Source: a virus. Taken from it: DNA of 64,000 nucleotides. The stretch lies in the IMG/VR virus record IMGVR_UViG_3300026552_000002, positions 3,797 to 67,796 of that record; one strand, written 5' to 3'. The position numbers and the translations under genes were made by a program. Below are positions 9,365 through 18,984 of this stretch, in pieces (the first letter of the stretch is position 1; every line of letters begins with the position of its first letter). The notes under the pieces were generated by a model. That model was not told where the DNA came from and ran no database searches. It saw only the letters and a program-made list of their open reading frames with translations.

Positions 9365-9703
9365 CTACAGCGCGATGACGGTATAGCTTCCGTACCCGGC
9401 TGTTTTTCGTTTGCCGCCGGAGATGACGTCCACGCGCATAACCCAGTTGGTACACGCTGTGGCGGTGACGGCGCTGGACACGGTCACGGTGGCCTGCCCG
9501 CCGACTGCGTTGGTGAGCGCGATCTCGCCGGTGGTGGTTGACAGGGTGGTGCCGGTGGAGTCCGCCACTGTGGTTGACGACTTGATCACCATGTCGACTT
9601 CGCAGCCGGTGAGATTGTAGGGCTGACCACCGGAAGTGATCGTCAGATAGACCGTCTCGTCGTTGCGCTGCCGCAAGCTCAAGGCGATGTTGTTGGTGGT
9701 CAG
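9365..9703 (-). CDS. BppU-like N-terminal domain, phage structural protein
   Basis: YNLTGCEVDMVIK..GEIALTNAVGGQATVTV; probable CTG start at 9703. Confidence 0.6.
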   Translation of the reverse strand: MTTNNIALSLRQRNDETVYLTITSGGQPYNLTGCEVDMVIKSSTTVADSTGTTLSTTTGEIALTNAVGGQATVTVSSAVTATACTNWVMRVDVISGGKRKTAGYGSYTVIAL

Positions 9704-9710
9704 AAACCCC

Positions 9711-11273
9711 CTACGTACCTCGGATGTCCGCTGCGGCGTCGATCGTGGCGACCGCGGGGGCCAGGTCGATCGTGTCTACCGACGTCCCCAGGTCGATAGC
9801 ACCGTCGGCGGCTGACAGATCGATCTCCGCGGTGGTCGGCTGAGCCAGATCCGGCGGGGGAGCCACCGACACCGCCACGTCGAGCGTGGTCACCACGACG
9901 TTGGTTGGCAGCACGTCGAGCACGACCGGCGCCAGGTCGAGGCTGAAGATTGTGACGAGCTGCCCCGTGCCGGCAAGGGTGATGGACGCAGCGGCGCCCA
10001 GCGCCGGCACGGGTGTGGTCAGCACGCTGGCTCCGGCGAAAGTCACCACACCGAGCTCGGTGAGCTTCGCGCCGCCGGCGGTCAGCGTCCCTAGGCCGAG
10101 CATGGCCAGACCGGGCCCAGCCGCGCCGGTCGCGCTCAGCGACCCCGCGCCGGCGAGAAACGTCGTGGATCCGGATGTCGCGGTGTCGGTGAGCGTCCCC
10201 GCCCCGGTAAGGGTGACGGTGGCTTTCTCCGCCAGGGTGGGCGTGTCTGCCAGGGAGCCGGACCCGGCCAAGGCAACGGCCCCGGTCTCGGTCTGGGTAG
10301 CCGCGGCGGTCAGCGAGCTGGCCCCCGCGAGGTTGACCACCCCGGTCCAGGTGGTCGGTGGAATCGCGGTCAGCGCGCCCGAGCCGGCCAGTGCTGCCGT
10401 GGCGGTTTCGGTCTGTGCCGGCCCCGCGGTCAGCGCGCTGGACCCGACCAGGCTGACGGTTCCGGACCAGTTCGCCGGCAGTGTTGCGGTGAGCGCGCCC
10501 GCACCGGCCAGCGATGCCGCGGTGGTCTCGGTCAGTGCGGCCGAGTCACTGAGACTGCCCGCGCCGGCGAGACTCACCGCGGCCGTGGCCGTGAGTGTGG
10601 CCGCATCAGTCAGACTGCCGCTGCCGGCAAGCGCGGCGCTGCCGGACTGGCCACTCTTGAGTTCGATACCGACGATCGCCGACTGCTCGCCCGTCGGCGC
10701 ACTCAACCCGGCCGTCTTCGCTCCCGCCGGCCCGGTGTCGCTGTAGTACGCGGAGTACACCGTGTACTGGGAGGCGATGTTGTTGTAGAGCTCGCTTGTC
10801 GCCGCGACGTTGACGGTCAGCCAGGTGCCCGGACCGACGATCGCGTTCCAGTCGCCGATGCCGACCACCAGCGCAGAGTTGGCGCCTTGGGTGGTGATCG
10901 GCAGTGACGGGGTGGTGTTCGCCGCGTGGTTCTGGGCGCTAGCACCGAGTGCCGATACGCCGGAGAACCGGTACACCATCACGCCGAAATCCAGGCCACC
11001 GCCAGCGCTGGACAGTGACAGCGTGAATGTCTGACTCGTCGAGCTGGTGGCGGTCCACAGTCGGGTGTAGCAGTAGGACGAGACGGCCACCGTCTGTTGC
11101 AGGGTGTAGCTCAGCCCGCCACCCGTCGGGGTGCCCAGCGTGGTGCCGCTGTCCTGGCTGATGCCGATGACGACGAGGGTGTCCCCTGCGGTAGCCGTGA
11201 TCGACACCGTCTTGGGGCTGGTGGTCGTGTTCCACGCCGACTGGGAGAAGCTCTGAAAGGTCGGCGGTGCCAT
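9711..11273 (-). CDS. Ala/Thr/Gly-rich virion-associated protein with repeated LAGxGxL motifs
   Basis: Beta-rich N-terminal domain, then about a dozen LAG(S/A)G(S/A)LT units. Confidence 0.7.
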   Translation of the reverse strand: MAPPTFQSFSQSAWNTTTSPKTVSITATAGDTLVVIGISQDSGTTLGTPTGGGLSYTLQQTVAVSSYCYTRLWTATSSTSQTFTLSLSSAGGGLDFGVMVYRFSGVSALGASAQNHAANTTPSLPITTQGANSALVVGIGDWNAIVGPGTWLTVNVAATSELYNNIASQYTVYSAYYSDTGPAGAKTAGLSAPTGEQSAIVGIELKSGQSGSAALAGSGSLTDAATLTATAAVSLAGAGSLSDSAALTETTAASLAGAGALTATLPANWSGTVSLVGSSALTAGPAQTETATAALAGSGALTAIPPTTWTGVVNLAGASSLTAAATQTETGAVALAGSGSLADTPTLAEKATVTLTGAGTLTDTATSGSTTFLAGAGSLSATGAAGPGLAMLGLGTLTAGGAKLTELGVVTFAGASVLTTPVPALGAAASITLAGTGQLVTIFSLDLAPVVLDVLPTNVVVTTLDVAVSVAPPPDLAQPTTAEIDLSAADGAIDLGTSVDTIDLAPAVATIDAAADIRGT

Positions 11274-11277
11274 CGCG

Positions 11278-11664
11278 CTACGACAGGGATGCGGTAATCG
11301 CGCCGGCCGCGAACGACAAGGTGTCGCCCGAGGCCGTCGTGCGACTGGCGGAGAGGTTCCCGAACCACCGTCGCACTGGCGTGGCCTCGCTGCCCCAGAT
11401 GTCGATGCCGGTCACGGTGACCGCGGGCATTGAGGTGAAGGACACGGCCGCCGAGTTGGAGGTCGAGCCGGCCGACGCGGCAGAGAAGGTCACGGACTGT
11501 CGGGCGTAGCTGCCACCGGTTACCTCGGTTCCCGCGGCCGTGGCCGAACCTGTCGCGGTCACCAAAGCCACCTTGAGTGGCGTCGTGGGTCCGGTGAAAG
11601 CGGTACCGGTACCGAGCGAACCATTCAATATGTTGTTCGCTTCGACCTGAACGATATTCGCGAC
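11278..11664 (-). CDS. phage structural protein (GTEVTGGSYARQ type)
   Basis: KVALVT..GTEVTGGSYARQSVTF..GDTLSFAAG; frame open to GTC 11664 behind GAGGTG. Confidence 0.7.
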   Translation of the reverse strand, partial: VANIVQVEANNILNGSLGTGTAFTGPTTPLKVALVTATGSATAAGTEVTGGSYARQSVTFSAASAGSTSNSAAVSFTSMPAVTVTGIDIWGSEATPVRRWFGNLSASRTTASGDTLSFAAGAITASLS

Positions 11665-11673
11665 CGAATCACC

Positions 11674-11892
11674 TCACCATTCCTTGGGCGGCAGGCTCAC
11701 CAGATGCTCACGCAACTCGTCACCTCTGGCTCCATTCGCCCCTTTGACTTGATCCGCACATACTGCGCAACCGGTGGCGGCTTCGTGGCAGTCCATGTGC
11801 CAGGTGACCTCGGAGCCGTCAGCGGTGGCGATCACGTGCCGCGGGTGATCATCGGACTTTTCGCACCCGATACAGGTCCGAATGGGATGCAC
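11674..11892 (-). CDS. small Cys/His zinc-binding protein
   Basis: RTCIGC..DDHPRH..WHMDC..GCAVC; AAGGGG RBS before GTG. Confidence 0.65.
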   Translation of the reverse strand: MHPIRTCIGCEKSDDHPRHVIATADGSEVTWHMDCHEAATGCAVCADQVKGANGARGDELREHLVSLPPKEW

Positions 11893-11902
11893 GACTCGCC
11901 CC

Positions 11903-12844
11903 TTACTGGTAGTACAGAACCGCCCAGCAGAACCGGTCACCGGTGATACATGCTGGCTCGGTCAGCACCTGGAACTGGCAGGAGGTGTTGAAGGAAACGC
12001 CGCCCCACTTGCTCCAGAAGTCGGTGACCATACCGACCACGTGGGGCTGGTTGGCCGGCTTGTCCGTGCCGACATAGGAGTGGAAGCTGGTGCCGTAATC
12101 CGCCCAGCCCTCGAAGTACCAGGCGCTGTCGTACCAATCCTCGGTACCCGTCGCCTGAATGCTCGGACTCGTTTCGCCATCGATGTAGAAAGCGAAGTTA
12201 CGCTCCATCCAGGAGTCCTGGTTTGTCGAGTTCGGCGACAGGGTGGCGGCGTCGACACCGCCGACCTGGGAATGATAGACGACCCAGCCGGGGCCCCCGG
12301 TGACGTTGGCCAGGGTGGTCGTGTCGCCGGCAGCGCGAGTGACGAGCTGGTCGGCGTAGCGGGCGCCCTGGCAGCGCAGACGCTTGCCGCCGGCCTGGTC
12401 GACCGAGTACAGCTCGTAGGTGCACATGCTGTAGACCCAGGCGGTCTGTGTCGTGCTGGGGTTGTAATAGGCCACCTTGATGCGTGTCCCGAAAGGCATC
12501 GGGAACGTCATTAGCCAGCCGGTGTTGTAGTTGGTCGAATTGATTTCCACATGCATGTGCGTGCACGAGTGGGTTCCGGTATGGGCACCAGCTCCCCAAT
12601 GAGTGGCGAACAGCGTGCCCATATCAATATCGATACTCGGGCTGGTCGCCCCGTCGTAATAGACACGCAGCCGGCCGTCCAGCGCCGGACCGTTTCCGCC
12701 ACCGAGCGCCATCCAAACAGAAACCACGTTGCCAGGGCCGGCAATGTCGAGCAGGGTCTGCTCGGTCTGATAGCCGACCTGAACGTTTTCCACCTTGGCG
12801 AGGTAGAGCCGGTCGTCTCGCAGGTCCGCAAGCGGGTTCGTCAG
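11903..12844 (-). CDS. DUF2961 / GH172-like domain protein
   Basis: LRVYYDG..PMPF..FYIDGE..TGTEDWY motifs; probable CTG start overlapping holin stop. Confidence 0.75.
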   Translation of the reverse strand: MTNPLADLRDDRLYLAKVENVQVGYQTEQTLLDIAGPGNVVSVWMALGGGNGPALDGRLRVYYDGATSPSIDIDMGTLFATHWGAGAHTGTHSCTHMHVEINSTNYNTGWLMTFPMPFGTRIKVAYYNPSTTQTAWVYSMCTYELYSVDQAGGKRLRCQGARYADQLVTRAAGDTTTLANVTGGPGWVVYHSQVGGVDAATLSPNSTNQDSWMERNFAFYIDGETSPSIQATGTEDWYDSAWYFEGWADYGTSFHSYVGTDKPANQPHVVGMVTDFWSKWGGVSFNTSCQFQVLTEPACITGDRFCWAVLYYQ

Positions 12845-13119
12845 AAATTCTCCTTATCCATACGGTGTACGCCGGATGTCTGGGTGGGCCTGATGACCTC
12901 GGCCTGGTCAGCCAGCTTGCGTTCAGTGATCTTGTTCACGACGACACCATGGGTGACGGCGACGATGACGCCGAGAATCGCGGTCAGCAGCGTCTGCAGC
13001 GCATTCGACAGGCTGGTGTTGAGGATGCCGACGGTGCCGCCGATGGCGACGAGTGCCGCGAGCACGCTCACCACACCTTGGGGTGTCTTGAACGCATCCG
13101 TGATGACCTTGATGTTCAT
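12841..13119 (-). CDS. putative holin
   Basis: Two hydrophobic helices, charged C-terminus, directly after lysin. Confidence 0.7.
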   Translation of the reverse strand: MNIKVITDAFKTPQGVVSVLAALVAIGGTVGILNTSLSNALQTLLTAILGVIVAVTHGVVVNKITERKLADQAEVIRPTQTSGVHRMDKENF

Positions 13120-13130
13120 GTGCGCCCCTT

Positions 13131-14024
13131 TCAGGAACTACTGGACTTGTGCAGCACCGCGAGCAGGGCGGTGACGATGGCTTCGGGCAGGCCGGCGGCA
13201 ATCAGCGCCTGGGCGTCCACGCTGGGGGTGCTTTCGGCCTTGATGGCGGCGAGCAGCTCACCCTCGGCGGTGCCCACGGCGGCGGCCAGGGTGGCAAGCT
13301 CGGCGCGCATCGACACGACGTGGCCGTACAGGGTGTCCAGGGCGGGGCGCTGGTCCGGGGTGGCACGAGTGGCGAGGTCGATCCTGCTGTTGACTTCGCG
13401 GTCGATCTCGCGGATGTAGTTGAGCAAAGTGAAGGTGGTGTCGGCGGTGTCGATGGGGGCGTACCGGTAGCTGGGCCAGCCGGGGTATTGGCCGTCGACC
13501 GCGTTGGGGCCGGCGTGCTGCTGGTAGATCGAGGCCAGCTCGGCCATATCGAGTCCTCCTTGATCCACACCGGGCCACACGTCGGCCACGTAGCTGGCGT
13601 CCCAATCGGCCGTGTTCTGGTACTGCTTCGCGACGGCGGTGATTCCGTTGAGGGTGGGCAGTTCGGGGATGCCGTCGTAGTCGGCGATCCAGTAGTGCGG
13701 CTGCCCGACACCAGCATTCGCGAACGCGGCCTGCACCTCGGGCCAGGTCGAGAGGTTGCAGTAGACGGTGGGGTCCACATCGGACGCTCGGCGCATCCGC
13801 ACCCAGCCCGGCGCCTCGTTCGGCGTGGCGTCGCCGGGTTCGACATCCAGCACGTGGCCATCGTTGGTGGTTGCGAACACGGCGATGCCGACCTGCACCG
13901 CGTGCGGGAATCGGGCCCAGTCGCCGGCCGACCAGCGGTAGTGGCCGTCGATGTAGCCGGCGACCATCTCCGCATCAGCGGGGATGGCGGCTGGGTCGAC
14001 GGAGTCGTACATCGTCCGGGGCAT
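13131..14024 (-). CDS. endolysin, GH25-like glycoside hydrolase
   Basis: AGYIDG, LDVEPGDA, PTVYCN, YWIADY and AKQY motifs. Confidence 0.8.
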   Translation of the reverse strand: MPRTMYDSVDPAAIPADAEMVAGYIDGHYRWSAGDWARFPHAVQVGIAVFATTNDGHVLDVEPGDATPNEAPGWVRMRRASDVDPTVYCNLSTWPEVQAAFANAGVGQPHYWIADYDGIPELPTLNGITAVAKQYQNTADWDASYVADVWPGVDQGGLDMAELASIYQQHAGPNAVDGQYPGWPSYRYAPIDTADTTFTLLNYIREIDREVNSRIDLATRATPDQRPALDTLYGHVVSMRAELATLAAAVGTAEGELLAAIKAESTPSVDAQALIAAGLPEAIVTALLAVLHKSSSS

Positions 14025-14025
14025 G

Positions 14026-14775
14026 TCAGATCACCGGTTGGACGACGTCGCCGCCGAGGTGCAGCAACAGATCGAAGTCGTGCCAGCTCAACCAGAACGC
14101 GCCCTGGTTGCCCCAGGCGCTGCCCCAGGAGTTCCAGCCGCCAACGCGCTGGTTGTCCACGTCGAGGCTGTTGAGCTCGATCTCGTGGCCACCGGCCAAG
14201 CCGGAGTTCTCGTCCACGCTGATCGTGCCGTCGCCTGCCGGGGTGAACATGTTGTTGAACCAGGACACCCCAATAGCTACGGGCCCGACCATCAGCAGCC
14301 GCAGCGCGGTATGCAGGGAGCGGGTGTGGTGCCAGTCGTGGATCAAACCGTTGTTGACCAGTGCCTGCATCGCCCAGCCGCCGGTGGAGCCGGTGTCGTC
14401 GGTGGGCCACACGCCGGGGATCTGGGAATTGTCGAGGGTGGTTTCTTCGTGGTAGAGGCGAACCGCGTCGTCTTCTGTGTAGTTCCACTCCGGCTGGTGG
14501 AACGGTTCGGTCATCAATACGCCGAGCGCGGCGTTGGCGGTGCAGTTACCCAGCGCGGTCTGGCTCGGGTCGCCGCCGAGCGCTTCGATGACCTGCGGGT
14601 TGCAGTGGTTCTGGTCGAACGGCGCGCAGCTTCGCAAATGCTCGACGGACTTCAGTGGACGGAACCACGCTGCACGGAAGGCGTCGCGCTCGGGGTGCAG
14701 CGCGTCGGGGATCTGGTGACGGCCGAGCCGGTAAGGGGCATCGGGACGCTCGGCGAGATAGCGGAAGCTAGTCAG
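14026..14775 (-). CDS. papain-like (C1) cysteine peptidase
   Basis: DQ..GNCTANA (catalytic Cys), GGHEI and NSWGSAWG; probable CTG start. Confidence 0.85.
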   Translation of the reverse strand: MTSFRYLAERPDAPYRLGRHQIPDALHPERDAFRAAWFRPLKSVEHLRSCAPFDQNHCNPQVIEALGGDPSQTALGNCTANAALGVLMTEPFHQPEWNYTEDDAVRLYHEETTLDNSQIPGVWPTDDTGSTGGWAMQALVNNGLIHDWHHTRSLHTALRLLMVGPVAIGVSWFNNMFTPAGDGTISVDENSGLAGGHEIELNSLDVDNQRVGGWNSWGSAWGNQGAFWLSWHDFDLLLHLGGDVVQPVI

Positions 14776-14953
14776 AATCCTCCTGGATGTTGGCGACGTG
14801 GGCGTGCAGCTCGTCGAGCTTGGTACGGACGTGTTCGCGGTATCGTTCGGCGCGTTTGAGATGTGGGCGAATCTTCCAGAACCACACGGCAACCCCGCAG
14901 AGGATGGAAGCGACGATGTTGGGCCACACCTGGTCGACGAACCAGGCCCACAT
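14768..14953 (-). CDS. small membrane protein
   Basis: MWAWFVDQVWPNIVASILCGVAVWFW; coupled to upstream gene. Confidence 0.65.
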   Translation of the reverse strand: MWAWFVDQVWPNIVASILCGVAVWFWKIRPHLKRAERYREHVRTKLDELHAHVANIQEDSD

Positions 14954-15246
14954 CAGCGCCCCCAGATTTGCCAGGCGGTCAGGCCGATGAGAACGATGGT
15001 GAGCAACACGGGGACGGCGTAACGGCGCCATTCGGTGCTCATCTGCCGCATCCGGTTCTGGTGGTCGAGTTCACGCTCAATGAGATCCACACGTCGGTGG
15101 AGGTCCTCGATCTCACGCCTGGCACGGTCGAGATCGTCGTGATCGGCCTTCGAGTCGAGGGCCTTGTTGATCTCTTCCATGCGGTTGCGGCCCATGGCCA
15201 ACAGATCCTTGAGGGTGTAGACGATGCTCGCCCCGTCGTCGGCCAT
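14953..15246 (-). CDS. coiled-coil protein with C-terminal TM helix
   Basis: Heptad-rich middle, YAVPVLLTIVLIGLTAW. Confidence 0.7.
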   Translation of the reverse strand: MADDGASIVYTLKDLLAMGRNRMEEINKALDSKADHDDLDRARREIEDLHRRVDLIERELDHQNRMRQMSTEWRRYAVPVLLTIVLIGLTAWQIWGR

Positions 15247-15665
15247 CAGGTGATCAAGCCCGTCACGAACTTGGATGCCTCATAGTCGGCCGCCGCCGCG
15301 CAGTGCACGCCGCCGTGGCCGCGGTGATGCCAGCGGCACAACCACTGGAAGTTGGTCACGGACTCGACCCAGGCACCCACGTCGTCGGGGTTGGAGATGC
15401 CTGGGTAGACGTGTTCGAGCCGTGCGAAGTCGACGCCGTTGGTCAGGGCAAACTCGATGTGCGCGTGGTGCAACTCCAATGGGCCGTCGCAGTCGGAGTC
15501 GTCGTCGACCTCGTCGGCGAAGGCGCAGATCGCGCTGTTCACGGTGTGCCGGCGGTAGTGCTCGAAGTCCTTGTAGTGCGGGTCGTCTTCGCGGGGTCCG
15601 TGTTCGGGGTAGTGCATGATGTAGCGGTGGTGGGCGCCCTGCTCGTGCGCGGGGGTATCGGCCAC
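15246..15665 (-). CDS. HNH-like His/Cys-rich protein
   Basis: LELHH..NFQWLCRWHHRGHGGVH. Confidence 0.6.
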   Translation of the reverse strand: MADTPAHEQGAHHRYIMHYPEHGPREDDPHYKDFEHYRRHTVNSAICAFADEVDDDSDCDGPLELHHAHIEFALTNGVDFARLEHVYPGISNPDDVGAWVESVTNFQWLCRWHHRGHGGVHCAAAADYEASKFVTGLIT

Positions 15666-15672
15666 AAACCTC

Positions 15673-17538
15673 CTACAGCTCGGTGACGCCGGTCGGTGGC
15701 CACAGCCCCGAACTCGGCCAAGTGGTGCTGGAGTAGTCCGGCACGGCGGAGTAGTTGACCGCGGCGGCGCTCGCGTTCAGCGAGCCGTCCGCGAGCGCCG
15801 TGGATTCGGCGACGCCGAGCAGCCGGGCGTCCGGGGTGGTGGCGTACGCCAGGGTGGTGATGCGGTTACCGCCGTCTTCCCAGGTGTGCCATGGTTGGCT
15901 GTTCGCCGTGAGGTCGAAGACTTGGATGGGGATGTCCTGGTAGAAGCCGCCCACGGCCGTCCAGGTGCCGCTGCCGCCGCGCGCACGGGTTTGGGCGACC
16001 GGATTGCCCGGAAACACTTGGTGGTCGAGCACACTGCGCAGGTAGTTGTTGGCATCCCCGCCCTGCTGGGCCAACACCAGGTGATAGGTAGCCCCGTCGC
16101 GCAGTCCGTCGGTGGGAAGCGGCACGGAGATCCGGGGCATTTGATAGATGGTGCTGGTGACGAAGTTGGCCGCGAAGAACCAGTACATCTGCCACTGACC
16201 GAGACCGCTCTGGAAGCAGGCGATGGGGTTGTAGATGTTCGTGGCGGTCTGTCCCTGCCAGGTGGTGGACAGTCCGGACGGCCCGGCGCTCAGCGACATC
16301 ATGTTGGGGCCGTTTGATCCTTGGGGGACCATGATGCCGCCGCCGACGGGTGTCGACAGTCCCACAGGGTTGGTGCCGGGGTAGAGGTCCACCGCCAGCG
16401 GCAACGATGGTCCGGTGTTCCAGCCGCCGAGCGACCCATCAGCGTTGATGTTGGCGTAGTAGCAGGCGGTTGTGTCCGATCCGCTGCTGGTAATGCCGCC
16501 GGCGACGACCAGGAGGTTGCCGGTGACCGCGGCGATCGGGTCCTCCAATGCCATCGGCAGTGGTGGTCCCGTGTTCCACGCGGTGATCTGTCCGTTCTGG
16601 ACGGTGGCGTAGTAGACGGTGTTCAGGTTGTGGCCGCCGACGACATAGACGGTTTCGCCCCATGACGCGCACGCATGGAACACCAACGCCTGGGGTAACG
16701 CGGCCTGCGCTGTCCACGACTCCAGCTTGCCGGTGTTGGAGTCCCATGAGGCGACGAACACGTTGCTGGTGGCCACCCCGCCCACCAGGCCGCCGGCGAC
16801 GACGAGGTAGTCCGGGGTGCAGGCCGCGCCGGGTTGTTCCGTCGGCACGGGCAGGCTGGGTTGGGGCACCGGGGGGCCGATGGAACTGGCGTCGGTGCCG
16901 CCCAGCCACTGGTTGACGAACACCATGCCGGTGACCACCGGGTTGGTGCCGCCGGTGTTGCCGCCCAGCGAGATGAAGTAGTTGCCGGACTGCACACAGC
17001 TTCCGTTGGCGGCGCCACCGTTGGCTCCAACCGCGGCGGACTTCCAGTTGTAGCTGAGGTAGGCGCCGTAGCGCAGGTCGTTGTACTGCGGCAGGGCCAA
17101 CGGGCTGTCGGTGGGTTCGAGGTACAGGCCCGACGATGTCGCGGAGATGCCCTGGATCGCGGAGAACGCGTTGATCCACTTGGCTGGGACGCGGATCGTG
17201 TTGAGCAGGGTGCCAGGTGCGCCGCCGGAGTCGGTGTAGAGACTGACCTGCAGGTCCGCGCCGTCGCCCATGGGCAGCAGCGGGATGCCGATACGGCCGA
17301 TCTGGTCGCCGGACAGCGGAAACGGCACGTCGTAGTCGTGCTGACTGAGATCGCACTGCCAGAAGCCGATCGGGTCGCCGACGCCCACACCCGTGCCAGC
17401 CGAGGGGGTGACCACCCTGTTGCCCTGGTAGATCACCGTCTGCGGATGGGTGGCCAGGTGCTGATTGACGTGTGCGCTCTTGTCGGTGCCGGAAGTGTCG
17501 CCGGGGAAGCCGTTGCGGGCGGCCTGCCATGTCGCCAC
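15673..17538 (-). CDS. minor tail protein with Kelch-like beta-propeller repeats
   Basis: Repeated xVxGG..YYA..W..GPxLP units. Confidence 0.75.
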   Translation of the reverse strand: MATWQAARNGFPGDTSGTDKSAHVNQHLATHPQTVIYQGNRVVTPSAGTGVGVGDPIGFWQCDLSQHDYDVPFPLSGDQIGRIGIPLLPMGDGADLQVSLYTDSGGAPGTLLNTIRVPAKWINAFSAIQGISATSSGLYLEPTDSPLALPQYNDLRYGAYLSYNWKSAAVGANGGAANGSCVQSGNYFISLGGNTGGTNPVVTGMVFVNQWLGGTDASSIGPPVPQPSLPVPTEQPGAACTPDYLVVAGGLVGGVATSNVFVASWDSNTGKLESWTAQAALPQALVFHACASWGETVYVVGGHNLNTVYYATVQNGQITAWNTGPPLPMALEDPIAAVTGNLLVVAGGITSSGSDTTACYYANINADGSLGGWNTGPSLPLAVDLYPGTNPVGLSTPVGGGIMVPQGSNGPNMMSLSAGPSGLSTTWQGQTATNIYNPIACFQSGLGQWQMYWFFAANFVTSTIYQMPRISVPLPTDGLRDGATYHLVLAQQGGDANNYLRSVLDHQVFPGNPVAQTRARGGSGTWTAVGGFYQDIPIQVFDLTANSQPWHTWEDGGNRITTLAYATTPDARLLGVAESTALADGSLNASAAAVNYSAVPDYSSTTWPSSGLWPPTGVTEL

Positions 17539-17550
17539 GTCCTCTCCCCT

Positions 17551-18024
17551 CTATGCGTGGGCCCAGATGACGTCCAGGCGGGAATCCAGGTCGAGGTTGG
17601 CAGTGGCGGTCGAGCTGGCCACGCTGGTCCAGCCGTGCACCTCGACGTAGTCACCGACGGCGAGATACACCTGCACGGGTTTGCTGGCCACGGTGGGCCA
17701 GTCGCCGGAGGCCGCGGAGTCCTGCAGGGAGCCGGGGATGCGGTTTCCGTTGACCGCGAGCACCGTGGTTCGGAACCCCGTCGTCTGGGCGTTACTCCAG
17801 CACACCACGCCGCTGATGTCGTACCAGCCGGGGATCAAGGCGACATACCGCGTGGGGGCCGCGATCGACCAGCCGCCGTAGGTGTCGGTGATGGTGACCT
17901 GCATCGCGATCGGGGTCCAGGTCGAAGCCGGTACCGACTGGGTTGTGTACTGGCGGATCGCGGCGATGGGCTTGTGCAGCAACAGGTTGGTCTCGGCCAA
18001 CAGCAAAACCTCGGTGGTGGCCAT
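17551..18024 (-). CDS. tail fibre/RBP-like protein, paralog 1
   Basis: DTYGGWS..PTRY..GWY..VNGNRIPG..GDYVE. Confidence 0.7.
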   Translation of the reverse strand: MATTEVLLLAETNLLLHKPIAAIRQYTTQSVPASTWTPIAMQVTITDTYGGWSIAAPTRYVALIPGWYDISGVVCWSNAQTTGFRTTVLAVNGNRIPGSLQDSAASGDWPTVASKPVQVYLAVGDYVEVHGWTSVASSTATANLDLDSRLDVIWAHA

Positions 18025-18494
18025 CAGCGGTGCTCCCAGGTCACATCCAGGCGTGTGCGCAGGTCGGGCACGGTGACCGCCGTCGAAGTGGCTACGTTCG
18101 TGTAGCCAACGAGCTCGACGAAATCACCGCTGTTGAGCCAGACCAACACGGGTTTGCTGGCGACGGTGGTGTAGTCCGGGCTGGCCGGTACGTCCTGGGC
18201 GCTGCCGGGTACCCGGGCGCCGTTGACGGCCACCATGGCACTGCGGAATCCGGAGGTTTGCGCGTTGGACCAGCAGATGGTTCCGCGGGGCTTGTACCAA
18301 CCGGAGTCGACGGCGGTGTAACGGGTGGCGTTCTGCGCGCTGTAGGAGCCCCAGCCGTCGATCACCACGGTCTGCATGGGCATGGCGGTCCACGTGTTGG
18401 CGGCGGCGCTGACCGAGACGGTCTGGTACATGGCGAAGATCGGACGATTGGTCAGAAACGCCATCTGGGCGAGCAGGAGCGGTTCAAAGGCCAC
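18024..18494 (-). CDS. tail fibre/RBP-like protein, paralog 2
   Basis: Same motif pattern as neighbours. Confidence 0.7.
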   Translation of the reverse strand: MAFEPLLLAQMAFLTNRPIFAMYQTVSVSAAANTWTAMPMQTVVIDGWGSYSAQNATRYTAVDSGWYKPRGTICWSNAQTSGFRSAMVAVNGARVPGSAQDVPASPDYTTVASKPVLVWLNSGDFVELVGYTNVATSTAVTVPDLRTRLDVTWEHR

Positions 18495-18504
18495 GGTCCT
18501 CCCC

Positions 18505-18975
18505 TCACGGGTGTTTCCAGCTCACGTCGAGCCGGGAGCAGCCCGGCAGGAGGATGGCGGTGCCCAGGGTGGTGCCGCCGACGTAGCCGAACAGCTCGAC
18601 GTAGTCGCCGGCGTTCATGTAGATCAGCGACTGGCCGGTGGCGATCACGGTGTAGTCGCTGTTGGCGGGCCAGTCCTGGCCGTCGTGAATGCGGTTGCCG
18701 TTCACGCCGAGCGTGGCGCTGCGAAATCCGGTGGGGTTGATCGGGTAGGAGGCGACGCCGGCGGCTTCGTACCAACCTGACCAGGGCGCGGTGTAGCGCG
18801 TGGGGCGCGCGCTCGACCAGCCGCTGTAGTTGTCGGTGATGACGGTGTCCAGACCGATCGTGCCCCAGCCGGCCCAGGCCGCCGACGTGGTCACGCCCTG
18901 GTAGCCGGCGAAGCTCGGGGGGCTGGAGACCAGGGCCAGTTGGGTAGAAACCAGGAGCTCGGCGGTGGTGGCCAC
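18505..18975 (-). CDS. tail fibre/RBP-like protein, paralog 3
   Basis: Same motif pattern as neighbours. Confidence 0.7.
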   Translation of the reverse strand: MATTAELLVSTQLALVSSPPSFAGYQGVTTSAAWAGWGTIGLDTVITDNYSGWSSARPTRYTAPWSGWYEAAGVASYPINPTGFRSATLGVNGNRIHDGQDWPANSDYTVIATGQSLIYMNAGDYVELFGYVGGTTLGTAILLPGCSRLDVSWKHP

Positions 18976-18984
18976 AGACCTCCC

